Shown: positions 17,614-26,841 of the stretch, piece after piece | Numbering within the stretch: position 1 is the first letter of the stretch | How the letters are laid out: each line of letters begins with the position of its first letter | Source: Horticoccus luteus | GTDB lineage: Bacteria > Verrucomicrobiota > Verrucomicrobiia > Opitutales > Opitutaceae | Direction of reading: 5' to 3' | NCBI RefSeq assembly: GCF_019464535.1 | Contig: NZ_CP080507.1 | Span: forward strand, 1,830,001-1,862,000 | Length of the DNA stretch: 32,000 nt | The notes under the pieces: generated by a model | Told to the model about the DNA's origin: nothing | Databases searched by the model: none | What the model saw: the letters and a program-made list of their open reading frames with translations, nothing else | Made by a program: the position numbers and the translations under genes

Positions 17614-18431
17614 AATGCTCCTCCGGCCACACGGGAAAGGCGGCGTCGTTCCTCATCGATGAAATGTTCGTAGCGGCCCAAAAGGCGGCAGTAGCGCCAA
17701 CTATACCGACCGTCGAGGAAGCCACGACGGAGCACGAATTGATAAAACATGCGAAAGGCCGGCCGAAACGGCAGGCGATAGCTGACTGCCTTCAACGCTC
17801 GCCGGCGCACGAGCCGGTCCCGTGAGATGAGTTCCCTCGTCGGCGGTGGCTGATGCGATGCGGACCGCGCTTCGATGCGCGCGTAGCGGCGGTGTTTCTC
17901 CAGCCAATCGTCTTCCGAACCCGGTAAGAGCATCTCATGGAAATAGCCGCCTTGGAGATATTGCATGCGCATCCCGGGCGACTCGCGCTGCCCATGGCCA
18001 ACCTGCACGAAGGAAAAACGCGTCGCATGCACGAAGCGCGCTTGCCACGCGGGAAAGTCGGTGCAGCGCGGCAGCCATCGTCCCCGAAACAGCATCCGCG
18101 GCGCCGCGTAAAACCCGTCGACGGTCGGCGGGGCGTTTGCGGCCATCCGGTCGCATTCCGCCATGAGCTCCGGCGAGATCCGTTCGTCCGCATCCAAGTG
18201 AAACACCCAATCGTGTTTAAACGAGACCGTCGCATGCGCGTAATTCCGCTGGCCGGAAAAATCGTCGAAGGGACGGGAAAAGACCCGCGCGCCCGCCGCC
18301 TGCGCAATCGCGAGAGTGGCGTCGGTCGAGCCTGAATCCAGGACGACTATATCATCGCTGGCGCGGACCGACGCGAGAGCACCGGGAAGATTACGGGCTT
18401 CGTTGAAGGTCAGGATTAAGATGGAAATCAT
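17610..18431 (-). CDS. Glycosyltransferase family 2 (WaaE/KdtX-like)
   Basis: ISILILTFNEARNL...VVLDSGSTD...HLDADE (DxD). The C-terminal FVLRRGFLDGRYSWRY helix region is typical of this GT2 subgroup. ATGA overlap with the downstream gene. Confidence 0.85.
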   Translation of the reverse strand: MISILILTFNEARNLPGALASVRASDDIVVLDSGSTDATLAIAQAAGARVFSRPFDDFSGQRNYAHATVSFKHDWVFHLDADERISPELMAECDRMAANAPPTVDGFYAAPRMLFRGRWLPRCTDFPAWQARFVHATRFSFVQVGHGQRESPGMRMQYLQGGYFHEMLLPGSEDDWLEKHRRYARIEARSASHQPPPTRELISRDRLVRRRALKAVSYRLPFRPAFRMFYQFVLRRGFLDGRYSWRYCRLLGRYEHFIDEERRRLSRVAGGAL

Positions 18432-18432
18432 A

Positions 18433-19869
18433 TCACCGCGGGTCCTCCCGCGCGCTTAGCAGGCAGTAGCGTGTCGCGGAAAAAAACATGCACCAGAACA
18501 CGAGGGTCACCGCTGGGTTGGCGAAAGGAAATTCGACGCACGCGTAAAGGAGGAGCAAAAAGCAGCCCACCCACAGCGGCACCGTCAATGCGGGAAAGAC
18601 TCGGTGCCTAAGCACACTTAGCAGCGGCAGCGCCCCGGTGAGAATCAGCAGCGCCGTGCCGATAATCCCGATTTCGGCGAGCGATTGCAGCCAGTCGGAA
18701 TGGGCGTCCTCGTAGTGCGTGGGGGGGAGGCCACGATACGACTCTTGTGAGTCGTAGTTGCTGAAGACCGAGCCATAAGATTCGAGTCCCCACCCAAACC
18801 AGCGGCGCTCGTGTGCCATTCGGAGCGTGTCGCGGTAGAGTGCCGCCCGATTCCCGATGCCGCCCTCGGCGCGCATTTCCTGCCACTGATGAACGGTGGT
18901 GGTGAGTCGAGTTTGAATCGTGTCCGCGCCCAGATGGTAAATGGCGGCGCTGGCGACAAGCAGGCACACGAGTACGGCGGCGAGCGTTGACCCTACGCGC
19001 CGGCCTTGCGCGCGTTTGCGTTTGACGAACCGCCAGAGCCAAGCGCCAAACACTGCCGTGAGCAGCACGAACGCGAGCGCCGTGGACGAGCGGGAACCAC
19101 ACAGCGGGAGCGTCGCGGCAATAAAAAAGAGCAAAACAATCCCCGCGAAGGCGGGCGTATGCCAGAAGTCCCTGGCGCGATCGACGCGGCGGAGATGGTG
19201 GGTGATCAAAGCGCAGGCGGCGCTGAGAGAAAGAATGATAAATGCGCCCCAGTGGTTATGATAGACAAAGGTGGCGAACCAAAACTCATTCGGACCTTTC
19301 ACGAGTCCGAAGTACAGGTCCCGATGCAGCAGGTATTGGGCAGTGCCCATGATTGAAAGCACCAGGGCATTAAGGGCAACCACGAGCAAAAAGAGCCTTA
19401 CCATGCGTCGGCGCCGGACCAAAAGAGCGAGATTAAACCCGGTGAAGAAACAGCCGGCATACATGAGCAGTTCATGCCAGGCCAGGTCGGGCCGGGCATT
19501 GCTGGGCCAGGACGCCGAGTTAGTTCGTTCTAAGAAGACCAAGGTCGTCCCGAACATGCGCGGTTCAAAGCTGGGATTGAAGCAGCTTGCCGCGACAAAA
19601 GCGGCGAGGAGAAAAAAGCACACGCTCCAGCGGAGCACAGAACGGGGCACTTGATTCCGGGTATCATGACGAATCAGCGCAACGATTGGCAGGGCGAGGC
19701 CCGCCAGTCCCCACCAGCCGATTGTATCATGGGCCCACGGAATCGCGCCGCCAAAGGCCCAGCTCGCAAAGACAACCGCGACCGAGGCATGAATGATGGC
19801 GGCCAATTCCAGATGGTCCGGCCATGCGGATCGCCGCCGCGGCTTGGTGGAGACGTCGATCGTGCTCAC
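18433..19869 (-). CDS. O-antigen ligase / Wzy_C-domain family polytopic membrane protein
   Basis: At least 10 TM segments. A periplasmic loop follows with ...YEDAHSDWLQSLAEIGIIGTALLIL, the H-x-x-x-L...E-x-G-x-x-G signature of the Wzy_C (WaaL/PglL) family. I take the start as GTG at 19869, overlapping the upstream stop (TAGTG). The ORF-track start at 19941 would overlap the upstream gene by 73 nt. Confidence 0.7.
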   Translation of the reverse strand: MSTIDVSTKPRRRSAWPDHLELAAIIHASVAVVFASWAFGGAIPWAHDTIGWWGLAGLALPIVALIRHDTRNQVPRSVLRWSVCFFLLAAFVAASCFNPSFEPRMFGTTLVFLERTNSASWPSNARPDLAWHELLMYAGCFFTGFNLALLVRRRRMVRLFLLVVALNALVLSIMGTAQYLLHRDLYFGLVKGPNEFWFATFVYHNHWGAFIILSLSAACALITHHLRRVDRARDFWHTPAFAGIVLLFFIAATLPLCGSRSSTALAFVLLTAVFGAWLWRFVKRKRAQGRRVGSTLAAVLVCLLVASAAIYHLGADTIQTRLTTTVHQWQEMRAEGGIGNRAALYRDTLRMAHERRWFGWGLESYGSVFSNYDSQESYRGLPPTHYEDAHSDWLQSLAEIGIIGTALLILTGALPLLSVLRHRVFPALTVPLWVGCFLLLLYACVEFPFANPAVTLVFWCMFFSATRYCLLSAREDPR

Positions 19870-20981
19870 TATATTAAACTGCGATAGAAATCTCCGAGCA
19901 TAATCGCACTTTGGCGCCAGGCGAAGTGTTGCCGCACCCATTTACGGGCGATCTGGCCCCGCTCACGGAGGCGTTCCGGACTTTCCGCGAGCAGCATTTG
20001 GAGTTCCGAACCATAGGTTTCCCACGCCACGCAGCGGCCGGCGCCGGTGTCGTTGATCGCACTCCAAGGTGTCGAGTCGGTCACAAGTACCGGCACGCCG
20101 TGGACCATGGCCTCGGCGATCACGAGGCCAAAATTTTCCGAATGCGAGGGAAGGAGGAATAGAGAAGCGACGGCGTAGGGCGGCGGGACCGCGGACCCAT
20201 CCAAAATCTTTATTCGATCCTGCGCGCCGACGCGGGAGGCGTAGGTGCTGAGTTGCGCGACGGAGTATGTTTCAGGGATGCCGACCACCAGCAGCACCCA
20301 ATCGCGCGGAGCGAGTTTCGCCCAGAGTTCAATGAGTTCCGCGACGCGTTTTTTCGGATGCAGTCGCGAATAAAAGACCGCAATCCGTCCCGGCGATAGC
20401 GGTTGGATAACCGGCTGCCAATACGTAGTCGCAGCCGCCCTGTCCAGCGCGCCGGGTTCATCGACGCCGTTGGGTGCGATGCAAATGGGCTGGAGGAATC
20501 CCTGCCGGCGGATGTCTGCGGCTTCCTCCTTGCTGGTGGCATGCCAGCCGGCGGCGTGTTCGAAGGCGGCGGGGTGAACAAACCGCCGGGCAAACTTCTT
20601 TCTGCGGGAATGGTGGCGCAACGACCATGAGCTCAGCATTCCTCGCGGAGAGATTACCAATGGTATCCGATCGCGACGCGATTTTTGCGCGGCGTAATGC
20701 AGCGTGCGCAGCCAGATCGAATGATGGTGGACGACCGCCGGCGAGGCGTTGTCTAAATATTGGCGCAGGGTGCGCGAGGGGCAAAGCGCGAGTGGCCGTG
20801 AGCGTTGAAAGGTGGCAATACGGAGGGTGCCGGTGTTGCGCGTGTCCGGGTTCGCAGGGGCGGTGGCGAGCAGTTCGACGTCATGTCCGAGGGTGGCCAG
20901 AGCATCGGATAACGCATAGACCGATTTACTCGGTCCGCCGTATTGCGCCTCGAGACTTGGGACGAGTTGGCAGACGCGCAT
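19869..20981 (-). CDS. Glycosyltransferase family 4 (GT-B)
   Basis: MRVCQLVPSLEAQYGGPSKSV N-terminus; EX7E motif in LLPSHSENFGLVIAEAMVHGVPVLVTD. Confidence 0.85.
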   Translation of the reverse strand: MRVCQLVPSLEAQYGGPSKSVYALSDALATLGHDVELLATAPANPDTRNTGTLRIATFQRSRPLALCPSRTLRQYLDNASPAVVHHHSIWLRTLHYAAQKSRRDRIPLVISPRGMLSSWSLRHHSRRKKFARRFVHPAAFEHAAGWHATSKEEAADIRRQGFLQPICIAPNGVDEPGALDRAAATTYWQPVIQPLSPGRIAVFYSRLHPKKRVAELIELWAKLAPRDWVLLVVGIPETYSVAQLSTYASRVGAQDRIKILDGSAVPPPYAVASLFLLPSHSENFGLVIAEAMVHGVPVLVTDSTPWSAINDTGAGRCVAWETYGSELQMLLAESPERLRERGQIARKWVRQHFAWRQSAIMLGDFYRSLI

Positions 20982-20984
20982 CGA

Positions 20985-21548
20985 TTACTGCGGAGGTTGC
21001 CGATCCTTGATGGGGCGGCAGGGATGCCCGACGCAAATCTTCCGCGGGGGCAAATCGCGGACGACGACCGATCGCGCGCCGACGACGGCCAGTTCGCCAA
21101 TGGTCACGCCGGGTCCGACAAAGACATCCGCTCCGATCCACGCGTTGGCGCCAACCACAATCGGCGCCGTGACCAGCGGCATGGACCAATCATTGAAGTC
21201 GTGGGTGCCAGCGCACAAATGGCAGTTTTGACTGACGTTGGCGCCGCGTTCGAGGCGGATAGGCGCCAGATTGTAGAGAGTGACGTGACGACCGATCATC
21301 GATCGAGGCGCGAGTGAAAGCCGCCAGGGAAACGTGATGCGGGCGGTCGGGAAAATCACCACGTGGGCCGGCTCCGCGATGTCGGCGCCGAACAGGCGCA
21401 GTAGACGCGCACGAAAACCATGCCACGGACGCGGGCTCCAGCGGAAAATGGTGACTTGAACGAACGCCCATGCCGATCGGAGCAGCACCTCCCCGCGAGG
21501 GTAGGGCGTGACGCAATTTTGACCGAGATAAGGCGGCTCAGAGTCCAT
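20985..21548 (-). CDS. wcaF: Hexapeptide-repeat O-acetyltransferase, WcaF-like
   Basis: Colinear with E. coli WcaF as I recall it: WAFVQVTIFRWSPRPWHGFRARLLRLFGADI, ITFPWRLSL, LYNLAPIRL, SQNCHLCAGTHD, PIVVGANAWIGADVFVGPGVTIGELAVVGARSVV..LPP..ICVGHP. Confidence 0.85.
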   Translation of the reverse strand: MDSEPPYLGQNCVTPYPRGEVLLRSAWAFVQVTIFRWSPRPWHGFRARLLRLFGADIAEPAHVVIFPTARITFPWRLSLAPRSMIGRHVTLYNLAPIRLERGANVSQNCHLCAGTHDFNDWSMPLVTAPIVVGANAWIGADVFVGPGVTIGELAVVGARSVVVRDLPPRKICVGHPCRPIKDRQPPQ

Positions 21549-21604
21549 GGCGAAGACGAGTACAACTTCTCACGCGGCGAGCTGCGAGACCGGAGCGTGG
21601 CAAT

Positions 21605-22750
21605 TCAGGCTGCGTCAATGCACCGTTGCAGCGATGCGAGAACGACGCGTGCACATTCCGGAAAGTCGTAACGGCGCGCATGTTCTTTGGCGCGCGCGGC
21701 GATCGCCCGGCGAAGAGAGGGATTTGAAATCAGCCGGCCGAGTTGCGTCGCCAGTTGAACCGCAGCGTCGGGGGCGGCATGGTCGAAAACCAGACCGGTT
21801 TGCTCGGGCGCGATGAGGTCGCGGAAACAATCGAGCGCGGAGACGACCGGCGCGCAGCCCGCCGCCATCGATTCGGCGATCGAAATCCCGAAAGTCTCTC
21901 CCCGCTCGGCGATGCTGGGATAGCAAAAGACATCCATCGCCGAATAATGCGCGGCGAGCCGGGCGGTGTCGTATTCGGGACCGGTGAAGGTGACGACGGC
22001 GGCAACCGCCGGCGGCAGATCCGCACGCAATTGCACTCCGTAAGCTTCGCCGCCTCCGCCTTCAGCGATGGATTCGGGTCCGACGATCTTTATTTGCCAG
22101 GGGGGTAAAGCAATGTCCTTCGTCAGTTGCGCAGCGGCCGCGAGTAGAAGCGGCAGGCCTTTTTCGGGGTGAACGCGTCCCACAAAACCGATTACAACCG
22201 CTGCGGCTGCGTCGCGGTGGCGAGGTGCGGCGGCGAGGGCCGTCCAGTCGATCGGATTGGGAAATACGCTGGTGCGGGCGGCGAGCCGGGGATTCTCGTG
22301 CGCCGCTCGTCGTGCGACTGCGGCACTGGTTGCCAATACACGATCGACGTTGCCGTAGAGACGGCATTGGCCTTTGGGCATGCGGCCGAGCACCACCGCG
22401 ACGGGGCCGCCGCGGGGTTTCAACCGGCGCAGAAAAGCGGGAAGCGAGACCGTGTTGCAAATCACCACATCGGCCGACGGCAGCGCGCGGGTGACCCGCA
22501 GACCCCAGATGAAGTCCAAAAATAAATTGACTGGCAGGAACCGGGAATGTCCGGCGCCCGGCAGTCGCAGATGGACCAAGCCGCCGATGGTTTCCTGATT
22601 TGGCAGGCCCGGCCAACGGCGGGAAACGAGCGTGACCGCGTGGCCTTGGGCGGCGAAGAGTTGCGCCAGCCGGTGCCAGATTTTTTCGGTGGCACCGCCG
22701 GCGAGCGCGGGAACCGGGAGAAAGAAGCCCATGACGATGGTGATTTTCAC
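21605..22750 (-). CDS. Glycosyltransferase family 4 (GT-B)
   Basis: MKITIVMGFFLPVPALAGGATEK N-terminus; EX7E in CYPSIAERGETFGISIAESMAAGCAPVVS. Confidence 0.85.
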   Translation of the reverse strand: MKITIVMGFFLPVPALAGGATEKIWHRLAQLFAAQGHAVTLVSRRWPGLPNQETIGGLVHLRLPGAGHSRFLPVNLFLDFIWGLRVTRALPSADVVICNTVSLPAFLRRLKPRGGPVAVVLGRMPKGQCRLYGNVDRVLATSAAVARRAAHENPRLAARTSVFPNPIDWTALAAAPRHRDAAAAVVIGFVGRVHPEKGLPLLLAAAAQLTKDIALPPWQIKIVGPESIAEGGGGEAYGVQLRADLPPAVAAVVTFTGPEYDTARLAAHYSAMDVFCYPSIAERGETFGISIAESMAAGCAPVVSALDCFRDLIAPEQTGLVFDHAAPDAAVQLATQLGRLISNPSLRRAIAARAKEHARRYDFPECARVVLASLQRCIDAA

Positions 22751-23928
22751 GGGACGACGTGCGCCATTGCGCTCAGCAGACCCTCCGTGGCCTGGCGGTA
22801 GGTGTAGTGGGAGACTCGGTCCGCGATGCGCGCACGCAATTGGGTGGTGTCGCCGGCGACGGCGGCCAACGCACGGGCGAGCGATGACTCGAGAGCGGCG
22901 GGATCATGAGCGGGAAAGACCCAGCCGGTTTCACCGTCGGTGACGAGATCGCGCTGGCAGCCGACGCGGTCGCTGACGAGGCAAGGGACGCCCATGTGCA
23001 TGGCTTCGTTGACGGCAAGGCCCCACGTTTCGTAGTGGCCGCGGGAGGGCAGCGCAAAAACATCGGCCAGCAGATAACGCACGGGCATTTCGCTCTGGTT
23101 GGCGAAGGGCAGAAATCTGACGCGCGCGCCATTGGCAGCGGCGGCACGACGCAGCGGTTCGCGCAGCTCGCCATCACCGACGAAAAGCAGAACGGCCGTG
23201 GGGTGATTCAAGGAGGCGAATGCGGCGAGCAGGGTGAGCGGTTGTTTGTTGGCCGCAAATTTTCCGGCGAATAATATCACCGGCGCGTCGGCGGGAATTT
23301 CCAGCCGGCGGCGAAGCTCGGAGGCGGCGAACCGATACGTTGGAAGCCGGGGATCAAAGTGCTCGCGGTTGACCGCGTGCGGCGCGAAGAAGAGCTTCTC
23401 TGACGAAACGCCAAAAAACGAGAAGTAGTCGCGGTTGGCCAGGCCGACATACGTGAAGGCCGCAAAATGCCGATAGACCCATCGCAAAAGAAGCCGCTTC
23501 GAAAGTGAAGGACAAGGTTGCCCGAGGAGATGAGAATCGCCGCGGAAAATGAGGGGAATTCGATGTCGGCGCGCCCAACGCAGAAGGTTCAAATGCGTGC
23601 GGAAGCGATAGCCAAAAACCAGAATGGCGTCTGGTTTCCACGTCTTCAGCCGCACCGGCAGCGTGGGATTGTGCAGACCGGAGAAGGATTCCGTGCCTGG
23701 ATTCGTGGCAGCATTGGGAACGAACTCGTGGTCGTACCCGGAGAGTAGATCGATATCCCAGCGAAAAGCGGCGCCGAAGCGCGGGTCGTGCCGGGTCGTG
23801 ACGCCGAAGTCCCACAGATAGAAAACGCGCAAGGCACAGCGATTTTCATTAGCGATAAAGCGAAACCAAGGGCTGTAATACTGCGTCGGATGCGAGAGGA
23901 CGACAGCGAGGCGGCGCGGGACAATCAC
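22747..23928 (-). CDS. Glycosyltransferase family 4 (GT-B)
   Basis: 393 aa. EX7E in ALPSRGHYETWGLAVNEAMHMGVPCLVSD. ATGA overlaps at both ends. Confidence 0.8.
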   Translation of the reverse strand: MIVPRRLAVVLSHPTQYYSPWFRFIANENRCALRVFYLWDFGVTTRHDPRFGAAFRWDIDLLSGYDHEFVPNAATNPGTESFSGLHNPTLPVRLKTWKPDAILVFGYRFRTHLNLLRWARRHRIPLIFRGDSHLLGQPCPSLSKRLLLRWVYRHFAAFTYVGLANRDYFSFFGVSSEKLFFAPHAVNREHFDPRLPTYRFAASELRRRLEIPADAPVILFAGKFAANKQPLTLLAAFASLNHPTAVLLFVGDGELREPLRRAAAANGARVRFLPFANQSEMPVRYLLADVFALPSRGHYETWGLAVNEAMHMGVPCLVSDRVGCQRDLVTDGETGWVFPAHDPAALESSLARALAAVAGDTTQLRARIADRVSHYTYRQATEGLLSAMAHVVP

Positions 23929-25481
23929 GGCGAAGGAGTCGGTCGCTTGACGGTTTTACGTTCAACGAAGGGCCAACAGGCGAGGAAGACGGGAACGAAC
24001 GATTGAAAAACCGAGGTGATGAGCACACTGGCCACCATTTCGAACGAATTGGCGACGCCGGCAAACAGGCTGAAGCTGAGAAATCCCTCCAGCGAGAGGA
24101 CCAGCTTCTGAGCGGTGAATTTTTCCACCCAAGCGCAAAAAACACCGAGTCCAATGCCGAGAAAGAGCGAGCCAAAGTAGGCTCCGAAGTTACCATAGGC
24201 CTCCGCCAGCAGCCCCCAAGCAATATAGGTGCTGAAACTGGCATTCACATCCTGACGTCCGAAATGCACATTAAGCATGACCTGTCCTTCGTGGGTGCGC
24301 GGCTTCTCCGGCCACAGAATGCGGGGAATAAGCAGCTTGGGGATGATCGCGTAGGTGACGCCCCCGAGCGTAGAAACATGCAAGGTTTCGGTCGCATCCA
24401 TCACGAACAGAAGATTTTGAAGGTTGTTGATGCGATTGATCAGGCGCTGCCCTCCCCCGGAGTCTTCGTCCTTTGAGCTCTTGCGGTTGGCGGATTGAAC
24501 AGGATTACCGATAAGCAAGTCGGTGCTGGCTTCGGTCCATTCAACGTAAGTGCGCGGCATATCGGCCAGTGTCAGGCTGGGCCGCTCGTCTTCGCTGAAC
24601 CAATAGCGCCCGCGCATTTCAAATTTCCCAAGATTGAAAAAAGAGAGCGCGGCCACGACGACGAGGGTGAATCGCCAAGGGATCCGACCGGAGCTCCATA
24701 GCAATCCGATGAAAACCGACCCGAGGGTGATGCCGGCGGAAGAAAGAAGAAAAGTAGCGGCGGCGAGCAGGCAGTTAAGCGTAAGAAGCACCCAAAACAT
24801 GCCGACCTGCACGGAGCCGAGTTCGCGGGCACCGACCAAGATGCCGAGCAGAAAAAAGCCACACATGCTTACAGCGGCGAGAACGGTGTTTAGAATCGAT
24901 CCACTGCCGGTGGGCAGAAGATTGAACAACCAATCGGTGAGATTAGCGGCCTGCAGCAGTTGGTAGGCGGTGCCTCCGGCGACCAACCAAAAGCCCAGGC
25001 GGCTGATCTTGGCCATCCCGCGCTTTTCGAAGCCTTGAAGGGCGTAACAGATCGGCGCAGGCAATCGGAACATTTCCATGCCCAGTCGCCACGCGATCGC
25101 CATGGCGAGACTGAAGATGAAGACTTCAAGCCCGGCCTGCGTGAGGTAAGTCTCGGGATACTTAAAAACAACCTCGTGCGCAGAAATTATGGGCAACCCA
25201 AAGGCGACGAGGTTTTGCACCACGAACAGCGGCATGAGCGGCAAGCCAAGCGCCTTGGAGCGCCAGATCGACAGGGCCAACCACGAGCCGGCGGCGATGT
25301 AGCCAAAGCCCAAGGCACCGGGTTGGTTACTAAAATAGACAAAGACGAAAAGAGCCGCAAGCACCGCGCCCATAACGAGGAGCGATCGCCGAAGACCCGA
25401 ACTCAACGTGCGTGCAATGTCGCCAATCTGGAGATAGCGGTCAAACGTGCCGGGGCGTTGGAGCGACGTCGGGGAGTTCAT
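23925..25481 (-). CDS. Polytopic membrane protein with a large extracytoplasmic loop; candidate Wzy-type repeat-unit polymerase (unassigned family)
   Basis: 518 aa. About 9 hydrophobic segments, then a roughly 130-aa hydrophilic loop (RGRYWFSEDERP...RINNLQNLLFVMD...LNVHFGRQD), then 3-4 more TM segments. The architecture, operon context and locally lower GC fit Wzy, but no diagnostic motif was recognised. Confidence 0.45.
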   Translation of the reverse strand: MNSPTSLQRPGTFDRYLQIGDIARTLSSGLRRSLLVMGAVLAALFVFVYFSNQPGALGFGYIAAGSWLALSIWRSKALGLPLMPLFVVQNLVAFGLPIISAHEVVFKYPETYLTQAGLEVFIFSLAMAIAWRLGMEMFRLPAPICYALQGFEKRGMAKISRLGFWLVAGGTAYQLLQAANLTDWLFNLLPTGSGSILNTVLAAVSMCGFFLLGILVGARELGSVQVGMFWVLLTLNCLLAAATFLLSSAGITLGSVFIGLLWSSGRIPWRFTLVVVAALSFFNLGKFEMRGRYWFSEDERPSLTLADMPRTYVEWTEASTDLLIGNPVQSANRKSSKDEDSGGGQRLINRINNLQNLLFVMDATETLHVSTLGGVTYAIIPKLLIPRILWPEKPRTHEGQVMLNVHFGRQDVNASFSTYIAWGLLAEAYGNFGAYFGSLFLGIGLGVFCAWVEKFTAQKLVLSLEGFLSFSLFAGVANSFEMVASVLITSVFQSFVPVFLACWPFVERKTVKRPTPSP

Positions 25482-25506
25482 TGATCAGCCAGCCCAAAGG
25501 TAGATT

Positions 25507-26841
25507 TCAAACGGTTAGCCGGACGCGAGAGGCCGGACATTGCAAGCAGGCGTGAAAGAGTTCCGTCTGACGGGTGGCCAACACTTCCGTTCGGTAGTGC
25601 GCGGCAAAATACGCTTCCCGTCGAAGCGGGAGTCGCGCAGGTGGAAAACCCTCCAACGCCAGTCGGAAAAAACCTTCGATCGCATGGACTGCTGAGCGAT
25701 CGACGCCGCCTCCGGACAGGGAGACTTCGAAAGCTCCACCCATTTTGTTGAGCAAAGAACTCAACTGACTCCCTTCGAAAGTTACTGCGAGCATGGGGCG
25801 CCGCGAGAGAAAGTAGGGAAAGGTTTTCGAGGGCGAGTAGGCTGGGTCGCTCGAGCCGAGCAAAAGAAGACCGTCCGCCTGAAGCTGAAGAGCGAGACTC
25901 TCCAAATGGCCGATGCGATGAGGCACTTCATGCACAAGGTCGGCGACACCAAAGTGACGAGCGACGGGCATCACCACTTCCTTCCCCTGGCCGCGTGCGA
26001 CATAGCTTGTGCCGATGAAGTGGAGACGGAGCTGGGCCGCCAGGTCGGGCGCAGTGGCGCGGAAGCTCGCCAGTGCAGTGAGCAGCGCGTTCAGAGCGTG
26101 CGGCATGATCGGACCGGCGGCTCCGGTATTGACGAGGTGGATCAGTTTTCGGTGCCCGTCGTGAAGCCGCTCGACGGAGGTGAGCGTTCGTGCGGCGACG
26201 AAGTCTTGTTCACTCACGCCGAATCCGATGACAGAGCTGCGCAGGCAACGACTCCACACGTAGCGCTGGTGGAGCGATTGGAAATAGCTCCCCGAAACAG
26301 ACATCGCGGCCGAGGCGCCCGAAAACGAAAACTCTTCCAACGCCCAGGCCATCGCCCGCGCGAGGAGATATTTCCAGCCGCCCGGAGGCCGGCGGGCGCC
26401 GGCTTGTTGATAGTGATCGGTTCGCCACGGATCCTGCAGATCGAACAAATACGGGACGCCGAATTCCTGCTGCCAGAGGCGCGCGGCGCTAAATGTGACG
26501 AACTGGGTGTTGCTAAGGAAAACCAGGTCGATGCGTGATCGTCGCAAGATACGACGGCCCGCAAGATACAGCGGCAGCCAGCAGCGAAGCCCAAGTGTCC
26601 CAAGACCGATATACTTGGTCCAGCTTCTCGACCACGCGCCGCAACGATGGACTTCCAAGTCGGTTGGCATGGTCGCCGCCAGTTCATCTTCATGCGTCGC
26701 GTCGACGTGAGTCGGCGCCACGCACAAAATCACCGGCTCCCAGCCCAGCGCGCGGTAATGCGACACGCTCATCCGCACGCGCTGCATGTCGGGCGCGTTG
26801 ACCGGCGGAAAATGCGGGGAAACGATCAGAACGCGCCGCAT
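25507..26841 (-). CDS. Putative GT-B-fold glycosyltransferase, atypical (no EX7E)
   Basis: The 444-aa N-terminus MRRVLIVSPHFPPVNAPDMQRV resembles the first strand and loop of a GT4 N-domain. The C-domain has LLLGSSDPAYSPSKTFPYFLSRRPMLAV (a K-containing variant in place of EX7E, as in the Glyco_trans_1_4-like group). Confidence 0.5.
   Translation of the reverse strand: MRRVLIVSPHFPPVNAPDMQRVRMSVSHYRALGWEPVILCVAPTHVDATHEDELAATMPTDLEVHRCGAWSRSWTKYIGLGTLGLRCWLPLYLAGRRILRRSRIDLVFLSNTQFVTFSAARLWQQEFGVPYLFDLQDPWRTDHYQQAGARRPPGGWKYLLARAMAWALEEFSFSGASAAMSVSGSYFQSLHQRYVWSRCLRSSVIGFGVSEQDFVAARTLTSVERLHDGHRKLIHLVNTGAAGPIMPHALNALLTALASFRATAPDLAAQLRLHFIGTSYVARGQGKEVVMPVARHFGVADLVHEVPHRIGHLESLALQLQADGLLLLGSSDPAYSPSKTFPYFLSRRPMLAVTFEGSQLSSLLNKMGGAFEVSLSGGGVDRSAVHAIEGFFRLALEGFPPARLPLRREAYFAAHYRTEVLATRQTELFHACLQCPASRVRLTV

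Noticed and set aside
19870-19941. 24-codon extension of the Wzy_C ORF into the upstream GT4 gene
   Set aside because: The GTG at 19869 gives a 1-nt stop/start overlap, consistent with the coupling pattern of the rest of the operon. The choice is not certain.
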